Below are positions 26,846 through 39,350 of a stretch of 64,000 nt of DNA, piece after piece. The number at the start of each line of letters is the position of its first letter. Position 1 is the first letter of the stretch. This stretch comes from Felis catus (taxonomy: Eukaryota). A program made the position numbers and the translations under genes. The stretch is taken from NCBI RefSeq assembly GCF_018350175.1, contig NC_058374.1, positions 28,272,001 to 28,336,000 of the forward strand, in the 5' to 3' direction. The notes beneath the pieces were generated by a model. That model was not told the origin of the DNA, made no database searches, and saw only the letters and a list, made by a program, of their open reading frames with translations.

Positions 26846-27050
26846 GGGGGCACCTGGGTGGCTCAGTCAGTTAAGCATCCACCTTCAGCTCAGGGCCTGA
26901 TCTCACGGTTCATGAGTTTGAGCCCCGCATCAGGCTCTCTGCTGTCGGCAAGGAGCCTGCTTCAGATCCTCTGTCTCCCTCTCCCCCTGCCCCTCCCCCA
27001 CTCACTTTCTCTCTCCATTCTCTCTCTCTCTCAAAAATAAACACTGAAAA
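26846..27050 (+). mobile_element. Feline CAN-SINE
   Basis: GGGGCACCTGGGTGGCTCAG head, CT tract, A tail; TSD aagaaatt. Confidence 0.92.
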
Positions 27051-27759
27051 GCAAGAAATTATTCTGTTGCATTGAAAATATTTACAGTTTCTGAATCCCG
27101 CACTATGAAATTGCTATTTTAAATGTTAAATGTGTCGAACATCATATATAGATGTATGTATTTGAATAGCCCCGTAAGGTTGATTGGGCATCTTGCAGGT
27201 GAAAGACTGAGGCATGTGAAACTTCAGATGAGGATTTGGCTGCTGGAAGACCTAGTTATGGTACAGGCCGCGCAAGACTGTACCCAGATTCGGTTGTCTG
27301 TGCTACATTTTTGTCTATTACTGAACAGCCAAGACCAGCGAAAGCCCACGATCATCTCTTCCATCAGGAGCCATGTGCAAAAGCGGTCACACGCTGAGCC
27401 TCCCCACCAGGTGATTTCATCACATCCTGGGAAGCGGCCCTGCAAGGCACTCGTTATCCCCGTGGTACAGGTGGGGCCCTCGGAAGTCCCGTCCCGCCCC
27501 GTCCTCCGGTTGCTAATGGAGGGTACAGGTTGAATTTGGCTCTGCTTCTGATTCCACTGTATCCTGCCACCTCCACTCGGCCCAAAGCAAGCAGATCCCT
27601 GTTCTCACCATCTCTGACCCACAGTGTGACTTAAGTATTAGAAAGCACCTCAATTTGCCCAAAGTACCCATTGCCATCTCTGTCGGAAGCTAAGATTAAC
27701 TGGAGGGGCTGCTGGCGCCACAAACCCAACAACACAGGCGGGGGAGGCTCAATCGCACA

Positions 27760-27965
27760 GAAGAGGAGCACAGGTTCTGGGGCCTCTCAGACTTCCGCCC
27801 CGAGCCCTGCCTCTTACAGCTGTTAAGCTTGAGCAAGCTCCTTAACCTCTCTGTGCCTCAGCTCCATTCAGCTCTGTGAAATGGACTTAGCCAGTACCTG
27901 CCCTGGATGAGGCTGCACGGAAGAACACATGTGCAAAGCCCGGTGCCTCCACAGGCGATGGGGCA
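27760..27965 (+). mobile_element. MIR SINE
   Basis: CTTGAGCAAG..CTTAACCTCTCTGTGCCTCAG...CTGTGAAATGG core. Confidence 0.7.
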
Positions 27966-28167
27966 GAGCCTGTGCCCGCGCCAGCCAGACCACTCGAGGA
28001 TCCGTTCGCTAGAGAAGTCAGAGGGGGAACCCAGCAACGCTTCAGCACCCTGGATGTTCAGGCTCCCGGGGGCTCAGGCTGGGGCCAGGGCTCCGCCGGG
28101 AACTGTGGCACCACTGCCAGCATGGGAACTCGGCAGGTGACACGGCATTACGCTTCTCAGCCAAGAT

Positions 28168-28205
28168 CCACCCTCGTTTGCGGGGAACCGCCCTCGTTTG
28201 CGGGG
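28168..28205. repeat. 20-bp tandem duplication
   Basis: CC(A/G)CCCTCGTTTGCGGGG twice with period 20. Confidence 0.85.
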
Positions 28206-29261
28206 CTCCAAACACGTCTTAGAAATTTAGTCTCACCTTCAGTACGACACCAGCTTGTGTCAAGGGAGAGAAATGGGCCAGCTGTCCTCAAGGGCCAGTT
28301 CAGGCGAGTCCTCCCGTTGCGGGGAGGTACAATGAGCTGTCAGGAAACCCCCTTCTAGAAGCTGGATGGAGCAGGGGGAGGCTCCAACTTCCTTGTTCCC
28401 GTGGGCCAAACTCTGATGGTCCCTGAGTGGTGGGAGAGAGACCGGCCGTCTCTTTCTCCTGACTCCCGACCGCTGAGGGTTTTGTGGCACTTCGCTTCAG
28501 AATCCTGGTCCCCTGGCTGGGACAGGGTTTTTCGCGTGGAGAGGGTTTTTCGCAATCAGTGATTCTTGTCTGATGTGCCGCTGGGCAGCAGTGTGGGGAC
28601 AAGAAGCTGAATCACCTTGCGCTCTCTGAGAAGGGATGTGTAGGCTTAGAAATTAATTCAGAACCGGTTTCCATCATTGGGAGAACATTTTCCATCTCTG
28701 TTCACTTGGAGGGAGTAAAATATTCAGATGGAACCCCCACCACGACCTTTGAGACCCGGGTGGGGGCCGTGGCAGGATGAGCAAATGCCTCATGTGGGGT
28801 CCTCACAAATCCATACTCAATGACTGCCAAACTCTGGTCCCCCGTCAGCTCCTTTTCTCCTGCCACCCCCAAACAAGCGCCCGGCCTAAGGAAGAAAACA
28901 GAGTCTCTAGACAAGTCCCCCGAAACCCACACCAGGCAGAGAGTTTCCCCCAGCCCCTCCAAGGCACAGTCTTCAGTTTCCCCGGAGGTAGATTAAGACC
29001 TCATTCCCAATGGCTAGTCAAGCAAGACTTCAATTTCTTCATTAACACTCATTTTAATCCAGGGTGAGATGTTTGCTGTTTATGTCCACGTGGTCCTCTG
29101 ACCGATTTCTATGGATTCTGAACTAGCCTGTCCGCTGCATTCGTCCAGCTGAAGAAGCCAGAACTCAGAGCTGGGACTGGCGGGAGAAGGAAATACGGAA
29201 ATTACAGAGGAAAACTTGATGGTCGCCTGCAGTCAGCGGGGCGAAGAGAAGAGCTGTGACA

Positions 29262-29275
29262 CCAGCAGGTGGCGC
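29262..29275 (+). promoter_or_regulatory. Candidate CTCF site
   Basis: CCAGCAGGTGGCGC matches the CTCF core CCASYAGRKGGCRS at all positions. Confidence 0.55.
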
Positions 29276-30519
29276 TGTCGCTCACCAGCAACCATGGAGG
29301 AGCCCCAGGAGCGGCCCTTCCTTTGCCTGGGTCCTGACCTCCGAAGCAAGCGCCAGGTCTTAGGCGCTGGGGTGGGATAAGACCTCCCCCAAGACCCTAG
29401 CTGACCCTGAGGGACCCCACCTTCACTCGTAATTTGTTTCCAGCACAAAGAACTTGAATCCAGTGATCCTGGGAGAGGAGTCCCCATGTGGGGCTCCAGG
29501 AACGTTTCCAGAAGCAAATCCAGGGAGGCCAGCATTGCAGCGAGACCAGCAGTGAGAATGACAAACCAAACTTCCCAAAGATTAGGGGTTCTGCGGGCCA
29601 GAACAGTCTTGCTCGAAGGATCCCTCCCCCTGTACACACATTTTTTTTTCTTCTTCCCTTTGCCAGTTTTGCCATCTACAGAATGAAGGTGGTACCTTTC
29701 TTTCTTAGACTCAATTGGTTAATGTCAGGAAAGCGCTCTACAGATGAAAAGTGCCAAATTCTATTTCTCAAATATTTAATTAGTCACAGTTGGGGGATGA
29801 TTCGTAATCGGCCATTGAGCTTGCTGAACAACCAGAGGAAATGGCGTGATCATAAAAATGAGTTTAAATACAGGTTTTCATCGATTGCATGCGTGTCAGG
29901 ACGATGAGAGAGAGTTTTCAAATTAGCACTCCATTCCCAGGCCCGCCTCTCGGGGCCCTGAGGAGCCAGGCTCCCACTCGGCCTGCTGGCTGTGACCACC
30001 CCACCCACGCGCTTGGCCCGGGCGCCCATTGGGCCCGCCACCCTTCTGTGTCCCGAGCTTCTCTCTGTCCTGGCACGTCACCTTATCCCTCCTCCTCAGG
30101 TCAGTTCCCTCACGTCCTGTCAGCCGCCTTCCCCTTTTCTGCCCTGGCATGGACACTGTGAGGAGGAATTAGGTCATGTGGGAGACGCGGGCACTTCAAA
30201 GGAAAGACACCACACCAGCTCAGACGGAAGGTGACCCAGAGGCATCTCCAGTGGCTTTCGAGCAACGTGGCCCACTTTACTTTCAGATCAGGGCCCCCCG
30301 GGCAACCAAGACCGTGGTGGTGTTACACTTGGGCACACGTGTCTCTAAAAGCAGAATCCTTTTCTCCCGCGTTCATTCGTTCTACACCTAGTTATTGAGC
30401 ACCTGCCACGGGTATAAACGCCATCCTAGATGGGCACGTTAAAATGGGACAAATGACTGCCTAGGACTTACTGGCAAAGCGTAATTTTCAACACACGAAA
30501 CCTACATACAGGCACGTGG

Positions 30520-30950
30520 TGAACACAGGTGACGTTCTGGGGCCTCCAGGAAGCAGGGTTAGACATGCAAGATATTTATTGGGAGAAACACTGATTGGGG
30601 CTAAGAAAACAGAGGGAACAGGGGGGAAGCGGAGGGAGCCTTCGCTGGTGATGGGGGCTGACACCCGGGGAGGGAGGGAGGATGCGGGAGAGGGAGCTTC
30701 AGCCTGAGGAGGGCACTGAGAGAGTTTGGACCTGCCTGTGAGGAGCCCTGGAGCACAGGCGGCTCTTTCGAACTGAGGCCGAAACCGGGCCCCGGGCACC
30801 CCCGGGGCTGGGTCACTGGCCGGACCTGATCATGGCCTGAAAGCTGAGGAGGGCTCAGAAGGCACCGCGCCTAGAGGCTGTCGGCCACCCCCACTCCACG
30901 CAGCAGCCTCTCTCTGAAGGTGACAGAGCTGCGAGCGGTCGGGACACATG
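30520..30950 (-). mobile_element. ERVL-type solo LTR (LTR16/LTR33-like)
   Basis: GCAAGAtATTTATTGGGaGAAAC (antisense AATAAA) followed by a purine-rich LTR-like body; boundaries uncertain. Confidence 0.45.
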
Positions 30951-31419
30951 ACTAAGACTTCAATCATTAAACGGTCAATGACAGAAGCCCGCGACAGGAT
31001 GGTAACGTGAGTTTGGGCGGTCTAGGAGGAAAAAAACCAAAACACGTATACACAGACACATGTATGTTCCTGTACATACAGAGAAGGGAAGATAGTGGGG
31101 GAGGACTGAGGGAATCCGATTTCAAAACCGGTTTACGTCCCATAGGGTAATCAAACTGCTACCATTTGCGATTCCCCCTCTGTACCAGTCAGCCACCATT
31201 TGCACCTCTACTAGACAAAAATCATTTGCAATTTCTCCATTTCCTCCAGGTCAACATGTATTAGAGTCTGGGCCCTAATCAATAGGGAGCTGTGATCAGA
31301 CAAGACAGCGTTCCCTCAAGAGGCAGATGTGGCCGGCAGGCTTAGTGGGTGGGGCCCTGACCGCTATTAGGCAAGAAGGCATCTATCTTTGTGCTTCATG
31401 TCCAAGTTCTGCATAATTA

Positions 31420-32000
31420 GTACTCCCTTGGGGAGCTTACATTCTAGTGGGACAAAGACGTAAGCAGTTAACATATTACGTGACAAAGGATACGAGGAGG
31501 GCCAGCTTACAAAAGAGGCACCAGATTCAGACTGGGGTGTGGGGGACATAAGGGCTTCCAAGGGAAATGGCCGTCAACCTAAGCCAGAAGGGTGAGTGCC
31601 TTCCCCGGGTGCAGGGGGTGGGGTGGGAAGGGGGAAGCAGAAGAAATCAGCACCGAAGCTCTGAGGGGCCACCGTGGAGAAGTGCAAGTGGTTTCAAAGG
31701 GCTGAGGGTGAGAAGGGGGAGGTCCTGGGACTGGAGCCAGCTGGGAGTCGGGCGAGGACACAGCTCCAGTAATGGACCATCTCATGTGCCATGCTCTGGA
31801 ATTGGGATTTCTATCCTGAATGCCGTGAGAAGCCACTGAAGTATTTGGAGAAGAGAAAACGGATCAATGTGACTGATAACGAGCACTCTGGCCGCAGTGT
31901 GGCGAGTGGGTTGGAGGGCACGAGAGCTAGAATAACAGATGGGTCACGAGGCTGTTGTAACCTGGGTAGGAGGTGACGGTGGCCCAAGCCGGTGTGATGG
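31420..32000 (-). mobile_element. L2 LINE fragment
   Basis: GGAGCTTACATTCTAGTGGG...GAAGCCACTGAAG..TTT...CTCTGGCcGCAGTGTGG. Confidence 0.65.
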
Positions 32001-32389
32001 CAGGGGAACCTAGCAGATCATGGGTCACATGTTCAGGCCGCGGGGACGCTTGGTGAGCGGGGCTGACCTGGTCCTCCACCATGCGGGTTACCGTTGCTCA
32101 TCAGAAGGCTTCTTGGTGGACTAAATGAAGGATGCCAGGGCCAACAGAGAGACACGTGGACATCACAGTCCTGTGAGCTGTGGTGCCTCTATGCAGGTAC
32201 GTGGGCTCAAAACCAATCTGACTCGCTCATCCATTCAGTAAATATTTACTGTGCACCTACTGTGTGCTGGGCCCCATCTGGCCTCCAGAGTCTACAGAGA
32301 TGAACAAGGCGGATGCTCTCAAGGAGCTTGCGTCCTGGTGGGGGGGGGGGGTGCTCATAACAAACCATAAGCACGAAGGGACTTAGTGT

Positions 32390-33780
32390 AATTTCACCGA
32401 GCTTCCTGCATCTGTGGTTTGCTGTGCGACATTAATTTTGGGCAGCTGCCTGCCGTTATTACTGTAAATATTTGTTCTGCTGACTGTTCTCCCTTTTCTT
32501 CTTCTGGTGCTGCGATCGTATGTCTTTCTGTCACTTTGTTTGTAATTGTCTCACGGTTTTTGGATGTTCTGGATTTTTTTTTTCCCATTGTACTTGTATT
32601 AATGGATCTTCGAGCTCATTCTTTATTCGGCTTTGTCGAGTCTCCTGAGGAGCTCGTGAAAGGCATTCTCCAATGCCCAGCATCTCCTTTGAGCCTTCCT
32701 TCTCTCTCTGCTTTCATTCCCCATCTGTTGTTGCACGTGGTCTACTTTTTCCAGTAGAATCCTTGACAAATTAATCAGTTACTTTAAATTCCCTGAGTGA
32801 TAATTTTTAACATCTGTGTTCTGAGTCTGGTTTTGATATTTGCTTTGTCCCTTCAGACCATGTGTTTCCTTGGTTTTTGGTGGGGCTTGTGATTTTTTTT
32901 TTTTTTTTTCTTGAAAGCAGGAGTTGCTGTCGTGGGTAATAGGAACCGAGATAAAGAGGCCTCTTGTGCAAGGATTTCTGATAATCTGCCTAGGAGGTGG
33001 CAGATTTGTCTAATGTCTTCTGTAGCTATAAGTTCCAGACACTCTAGTATCCTTGGGTTTGCTTTTTGTCTTTCTTCTTGACTTTGGGCTTCCCTAAGTA
33101 CTCCTCCTCAGAGAGGAGGATGTTAGGATATAGTTATTATATTACCATTCGTATATAGAGCCCTGGTGGCCCTGCTGGTCTAGAGAAGGGGGAGAGTGCT
33201 AGAATCTTCTGATCAAATCTCTGCCCGTTAGTGGGCATGTGCTTCTGGTCTGTAGTCTTCCTGAGTGGTGAGGCAGGGAGGCCAGAGGAGGTGGGGTGGG
33301 AGAGCTGCCTTTCCCCTGAGGGCAGACTTTGGTATGGAGAATGTTCTAGTAAGGTCACCAAGAATGGCTCTTCCTTTACCCCAGCCAGAGCCAGGGACCT
33401 TTCCCAGGTTTTCCCCAGGAGAACCTGGTAAATTCCTAGAGCTAAAACGCAGAAAGTATGGGGTCTTACACAGACTGCAGTCCCCAGGAATTTGTTGCTC
33501 TCATACTAGACCACACTTGGCCTCCGGCAGTTCTTCAAAATGACCAGTCAAGTGTTCCTGCCAGCTCATGGGTCCGGGGGCTCCTGCCCCAGGGAATCAG
33601 CTCTTGGCTGCGACCCCGGATTCACCCTTCTCTGTAGATTCCCTGGCAGGGGCTCACCCAGCAACCTCAGTTCTCTAATGCATACAAAAGAAAAGTCATA
33701 CATTTTCAGTTTCTCGCCGTGAGGATGGGAGTGACAACTTCCAAGCTCTTTACAAGTTGGAGCCAACACGGGAAATCTGT
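32390..33780 (-). mobile_element. Old L1M 5' region / ORF1 remnant inserted into an L2
   Basis: Minus-strand peptide APEEEKGEQSAEQIFTVITAGSCPKLMSHSKPQMQEAR resembles L1 ORF1p (PEGEEK..GAE.IFEEI.AENFPKL..D.KPQIQEAQ); L2-like sequence flanks both sides (32220-32390, 33780-34450). Confidence 0.65.
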
Positions 33781-34130
33781 AAATAACTTACTTTCAGATA
33801 GTGATTAGTGCTGGAGAACCACCTGGAGATGGGAGTTACTGCAAGATCACGAGAAGCGTCTGTGAGGGCATGTGGAAGAGGCGTGAAAGGAGGGAGGCGG
33901 TGCCTCATGAAGTTCTAGGGGAGGCTGTTCGGGCACCAGGACCGGCAGGTGTACGTTCTTGGTACTGAAAGAAGTTAATGTGTGGCCAGAGCACGGGCAG
34001 AAGGAGAGAGGAGGGTGAGGTTGGGCATGGGGGGAGACAAGGAAGCTTTATTCTCATTGCGGAGGGAAGCCATTAAGCAAGAGAGGGCTGTGGTGTAACT
34101 TACATTTGCTAATGATCCCTCTGGCTACAC

Positions 34131-34256
34131 TAGTCCATATGTCCGGGTTTGCCCAGAACAGTCTTGGTTTATGCCTTTTGCTGGGTGTAATTATTCATAA
34201 TGCCTCCTTTCACTCTCCAAAGTGTGGGGTCAGACAACAAGTCCCAAGATCCCCCG
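34131..34256. mobile_element. MER94-like hAT-Blackjack MITE
   Basis: TATGTCCgGGTTTGCCCaGaACAGTCtTGGTTTATGCCT...GTAATTATT...CCTTTCACTCTC. Confidence 0.6.
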
Positions 34257-34944
34257 ACTGTGGCCACGGGAAGGAAAAGGCATGGGAACAGCCACTGAGG
34301 CAGCTGAGAAGTCGGTTGGGAGTGAATGCAGCAGTGAAGGGGACAAGCCATGGTGGGGATCTGGTCACGGTGGTGGTCTGGGAGCTGTAGGAGACTGATG
34401 CCCTCGGATGTGTTACAGAGATGGAACCAGCGATGGAGGTGGGCAGGGAAAGAGAGGGCTCAGGGATTCAGTCAATCACAAATGACTCTCTCAGCCCATC
34501 ACCCAGTCTTGCAAACTACACTCCATAAACTCTCTTCGATCTGTTGTTTTACTTTCCATTCCCACACCCATCTCCCCGGTTCGAGGCTTCCTCTCTCTCC
34601 TGAATTCAAGATCTGCCCTCCAAGCCCATCGGCATTTGACATCGTCCCCCTGGTGTGGATACAACCTGTGGTCCTGCAGCCCATCTCAAGAGCACACACC
34701 GGGCCTTTCGCAGCCACAACCCTTCAGATCACCTTTCCTCGATCCCACATGGAACGCCCACCGCTCAACACCCTTTCGTCCTGTGGACCACTCAGAGCCT
34801 CTGTCTGGGGTCCTGCCGTCTCTGCCAAAGGAAATTCTCCTCACCCTGTAGGGACCTTCCATTGTGCCTCCTCAGTGGAACCCCCCAGTCAGCCATCATT
34901 CTTTTCTCTGAATGCCCAAGATCCCCAAATCTCACCTCTTTTTT

Positions 34945-35157
34945 AAAAAAAATTTTTTTTAATGTTTATTTTTGACAGAGAGAGACAGAGCATGAGTGGG
35001 GGAGGGGCAGAGAGAGAGGGAGACACAGAATTTGAAGCAGGCTCCAGGCTCTGAGCTGTCAGCACAGAGCCCTACGCGGGGCTTGAACTCACAGACCGCG
35101 AGATCATGAACTGAGCCGAAGTCAGACGCTCAACTGACTGAGTCACCCAGGCGCCCC
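34945..35157 (-). mobile_element. Feline CAN-SINE
   Basis: Full length; TSD ATCTCACCTCTTTTT (34929, 35160). Confidence 0.94.
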
Positions 35158-35218
35158 ATATCTCACCTCTTTTTAGGCCCATACGTATTCTACCTCATAG
35201 ATCAGTCATCTCTGTGTT

Positions 35219-35292
35219 GACCTTCACCCCTCGACCAGTAAGCTTTTAAGGGAAAGACCTTCACCCCTCAACCAGTAAGCTTTTAAGGGAGA
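35219..35292. repeat. 37-bp tandem duplication
   Basis: GACCTTCACCCCTC(G/A)ACCAGTAAGCTTTTAAGGGA twice. Confidence 0.9.
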
Positions 35293-35519
35293 AAACAATG
35301 TTTTGCTGCTCTCAAATCCTGCAGGCACATCTTGAAACTCAACTCTTGGTGGAGTTGAATATATTATCGTTTTGTCAGTTTGATCCTGTCAGGTTTACCC
35401 CTTGGCCTCACCATGATGCAATCAAGTAGGAAGTTGGTCATGGGTTTCTCACTCAGAACCAGGAATGAGATCCACGCAGGGCAGGCAGCCCAGGCTTGGC
35501 CCCAAGTTCACCTGGCATT

Positions 35520-35745
35520 CAGGATTGGTGGTCAGAGCCAGGTACAGGAGACAATCTCACCACTCACTGTGTGCTTTGGGGAACTCATTTAAGTTCTCTG
35601 TGTCTCAAGTTTCTTATTTTCAAAGCAAAGGCAATAATAATAACTGACCAGGGGTTCCAGGACAATTACATAAGATAAATCATATATGGTGTTTAGCACA
35701 GGGTCTGATATATAGGACTCTCCCCCAAAATGTAATCATTATCAG
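35520..35745 (+). mobile_element. MIR SINE
   Basis: CACCACTCACTGTGTG.TTTGGG..CTCATTTAA.TTCTCTGTGTCTCA...TTTAGCACAGGGTCTG. Confidence 0.6.
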
Positions 35746-35814
35746 TCAACCTACTGATGGACGGGGAGCCATAGAGAAAATCAGGACTGAAGATGTTGAT
35801 GGACTTTGATCATT

Positions 35815-36022
35815 TTATTAACGTAAATTTTTGTTTTGATTTGTTAATGTTTATTTATTTTGGGGGGGAGGGGCAGAGAGAGAGGGAGACAGAGGATCCA
35901 AAGCAGGCTCCGCGCTGTGAGCACAGAACCTGATGCGGGGCTCAAACTACAATCATGAGATCAGGAATGGAGTCAAAGTCAAGATTCAGCCACTTAACCG
36001 ACCGATCCACCTGGCGCCCCAG
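35815..36022 (-). mobile_element. Feline CAN-SINE (older)
   Basis: GGGGCAGAGAGAGAGGGAGACAGAGGATCC...CTTAACCGAC...GGCGCCCC. Confidence 0.9.
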
Positions 36023-36059
36023 GTATTTTTAAAATTTTTAATGATCGCACTTAACCTGG

Positions 36060-36580
36060 AGAGGGTGAGTGGGACAGGCACCAGCTGTGTATACAAGAAC
36101 ACAACTCCTCTGAAGAGCAATTTACCAAGAACCTTCAAAGTGCTCACATCATTTGACCAGCAATTCCATAGAGGAGATTAGAGGAAATCTATATTATGAA
36201 ATTTCACAAATATGAGCAGAAAAATCTTAGACCAAAATGTTAAGCCCAGAATTATCTGTAGTAGCAGAAAATTGGAATCAAGCAACTATTATACAAGGAA
36301 ATATTTAAGAAAAGTTTCACATGACGTCAAAGTGTACGTAGTTAGAAAAGCCATCTTTACAAAGAGTTTTTGATGACCAGGGAAATGTTTATAATGTTAA
36401 GTGAGAAACGCACACTGCAAAAAATTTTATGTGCATGAACAGAGTGATGTAAAAAGTATGTCCATAAAAAAGGGTATATAATATACCAAATTGTAAATAT
36501 TGGGTTGCCTCCAAGGGACGAGATAATGGACAGTTTTGATTTTCTTTTTTCTGACAGTGTCTAAAATGACAAGGTACTAT
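36060..36580 (+). mobile_element. Old L1M 3' fragment
   Basis: CTGAAGAGCAATTT...TTTGACCAGCAATTCCA...ATAATGTTAAGTGAGAAA motifs. Confidence 0.55.
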
Positions 36581-36584
36581 TTTT

Positions 36585-36700
36585 CTTTTTTTTAAGTGTA
36601 TTAATTTATTTTGAGAGAGACAGAGACAGTACAAGTGGGGGAGGGGCAGAGACAGGGAGAGAGAGAATCCTAAAGCAGGCTCTGTGCTACAGAGCTCCAC
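36585..36700 (-). mobile_element. 5'-truncated CAN-SINE
   Basis: Only the tail, GA tract and GCAGGCTCTGTGCT are present. Confidence 0.8.
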
Positions 36701-37649
36701 AATGTACTGTTTCTCTACTCAGAAAGAAATATCACGCTATTTTAAAAGATGCTTGATAACTGGTAGGTTTGATCATTGCGGTTCCAGAGTGAATCCGGTG
36801 TTACCCGTTGGTAGCTTCTGAGATGCGTCATCTTGACCACATCATTGAACTCGTTGGTTCCCCTCTCTGGCCCTCGGTGGTCTCACCTGTAAAATGGGGA
36901 GACTAATCTTCACCTGCCCGAAGGCTGGTGGTCAGAGCGCTGTTTGAAAGGCTTGCCTTCTGGTCTCCGATGGCCTCGCAGGAGCCTCCTTGGTGGGGCC
37001 ACCTTTCTCAGAGTACAGATGGACGTGACTAGGGAAACAAGCATGGCGGAGGCCACGTGCTTCTCCACTTCGTGGCGCGAGCAGGGGACAGTAGAGAACA
37101 AAGTCAAGGGCCACGGCTGCCCTCAGGCGACCAGGCCTGCCAGAGCCAACTCTCTGGACAAGAGTTTCAGAAAGAGCAAGGACTGGGCTCTATCTTTCTT
37201 CTCAGGCTGCGGCCCTGCCAGTGCCCCTTCACCACGGGGCCGTTTGGCACTGGCCCCAGCTTCTTGGGCAGCTCTGCTTCTCTAAACTAGTTGAGGTGCA
37301 AAGCGCCCCAGAGCAGGACTCTGTACCCTTCCTGCTTCCCTTCTCCCCGTGCTCACAGGAATCGGAGGAAGAATCTTCTGTTCTGAAAACTCAGGCTGGG
37401 GACCTGGGAGCTAGAATTGCAATACGGAGTCCACTACGATCCTGGTGGGACACATGGGCTGTCACAGGGCAGACACCCACAGGTGGCTGGAATGAGCCTC
37501 ACGGGCACCGGAGTGACTTTCCATCAGGGGATCCTGGATGGGTCCACCCCTGCGGAAGGGTCTCACCAAGACGCACGTCGGCCTGGGCTGAGCCAGGAGC
37601 GCACGGCGGTGCCCAGATAAATTCCGTGAGATGGGCCAAGCAGGGGTGT

Positions 37650-37870
37650 GCGGAGTCTGAGGGCCCGGGTCAGATCCGTGCCCCACCTCTTACTGGCTAC
37701 GTGCTGGGAAACTCGCCCAGTCGCTTGCCATGCCGGGTTCCCCGTTTACAAAGTGAGAGTCACGGCGGCACCTACCACACAGGGTCGCTGCGAGAATAAA
37801 ATCATGCATGGCAAGCGCTTGCCCTGGTGTCTGACACCTAGCAAGGGCTCAAGAAATGGGAAGCTCGCTA
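37650..37870 (+). mobile_element. MIR SINE
   Basis: GGAGTCtGA..GCCCGGGT...CACCTCTTACTgGCT...GCGCTTg.CC.GGTGTCTGACAC. Confidence 0.5.
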
Positions 37871-38039
37871 GCTTTCTTATGAAGCTCTTCTTGGGGCCCA
37901 GCACCCCTGCGGGCAGTGAGGGGGGATTCAAAAGATGAAACCACATCCCCACCTCTGAGGAGGGAGGACCAGGCCCCAGGAAACAGTTAAACATCTAAGC
38001 AGCGGGTGATTAAATGCAAAAGTGACTGGGAGGCAGCAG

Positions 38040-38330
38040 GGCTATTTATAATAACAACATGCTGGAGGTAACCCAAATGCCCAGCGATCCTGTAATGACT
38101 CAGCAAACCCCCACACACTGTGACAAGACCGCCCTCCCCAGAGCCATTCGAAATGGCAGGAATGCCGCTGGTGTCCATACATGGAAATGTGCGTCGAGAT
38201 AAACATTTCCAGAAGGAAATCGCAAGATGCCCCGTGCACGCCGTTTGCCACGATGGGTGGATATCTGTAAAGTCGGCCACAGAGGTCCAAAAGGAATTTG
38301 GAGGGAAGGCTGTAGTTTCAGGTGTAAGGC
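38040..38330 (+). mobile_element. Old L1M 3' fragment
   Basis: CTGGAGgtAACCCAAATGcCCA...ACATGGAAA...GGAGGGAAG. Confidence 0.45.
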
Positions 38331-39149
38331 TCACCCATTGTCGCCTGCCCCCAAGTTGCTTAAATATATGGTGTTTTAAAAAAAAAAAATTAAGGGTGCA
38401 AGCAGGAAGTGTTGGATTCAGAGCAGGGGAGGGAGGCGAGGGGCAGAGGGCTGAGGAAGGCTTCGCAGAGAGGATGGGGTCTGAGCTCACGTGGAAGCAT
38501 TTGTGGATTTGACTAAAGGAGCAGAGTTGCCCCAGGGGGACAACTGGGGCTCCCCTCCCCCACCAGTCTCTTTGGCCGAAGAAAGCGAGTTAAGTGCTAT
38601 GAAGGGCAGTATGAGAAGTGGGAGCCCGAGAACACTGGATGGCCCCTTTCTCTGAGGGAAAGCTATTTGTATATTGACCAGCAGGGCTGGCTCGTCCACA
38701 CCAGGCCATGGACTTACCACCCAGTTCTCACCTGAGTCCTGCCCAGATACCTACGCATGATGGGGAGTTGGGGACTGGGTGAGGGCCAAAATCCTGACTG
38801 GCTGTGTCTTGGGGGAAAGAGGGTCCCATGCCAGGGCTGTCTCTGGGCTGGAAAGTTTTCATCCATGAAGACACACAGGAACTTTCAAATAGGGTCTCCG
38901 AGGCACCAGGATAAGGGCGTGGAAAGAGCTGAAGAAATCCCCTTCCATCTTGCCTGTGAGCAAAGTTAGCTCACTGTACCTCCTACGGCCAACCACGAAC
39001 CAAATCTCTCAGGCATTTGGGGGCTCCCATCTCCCTGATTTAGTTTACGGGGTAAGTCACCAGCTGTTGTTTGGGTCTGGCCAGCCTCCAGGGATTGGCT
39101 CTTGGGTCTGGCTTTTGTCCTCCTGACGTGAACCTGGCAGCATCATGAA

Positions 39150-39350
39150 ATGTCATAGAATAGACAGTGGCACCTGACAGATGTGGGTTTGAATCCAGCC
39201 TCTGCCATTTAACTGTGACCCAGGGCAAGTGTTCAAACCTCTATAAACCTCCAGTTACTCATGTATAAAATGGGGGATAGTCTCCAAGGTTTGAGAATTA
39301 GCAATAATATGTGTAAATGTGTGCACAGATTAGAGACGCAGTGGGTGGTG
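39150..39350 (+). mobile_element. MIR SINE
   Basis: GGGTTTGAATCCaGcCTCTGCCA...CTGTGACC.aGGGCAAGT...CTCATgTaTAAAATGGGGATA. Confidence 0.75.

Noticed and set aside
34350-34946. 198-aa ORF
   Set aside because: Overlaps L2-like sequence and ends in a SINE tail
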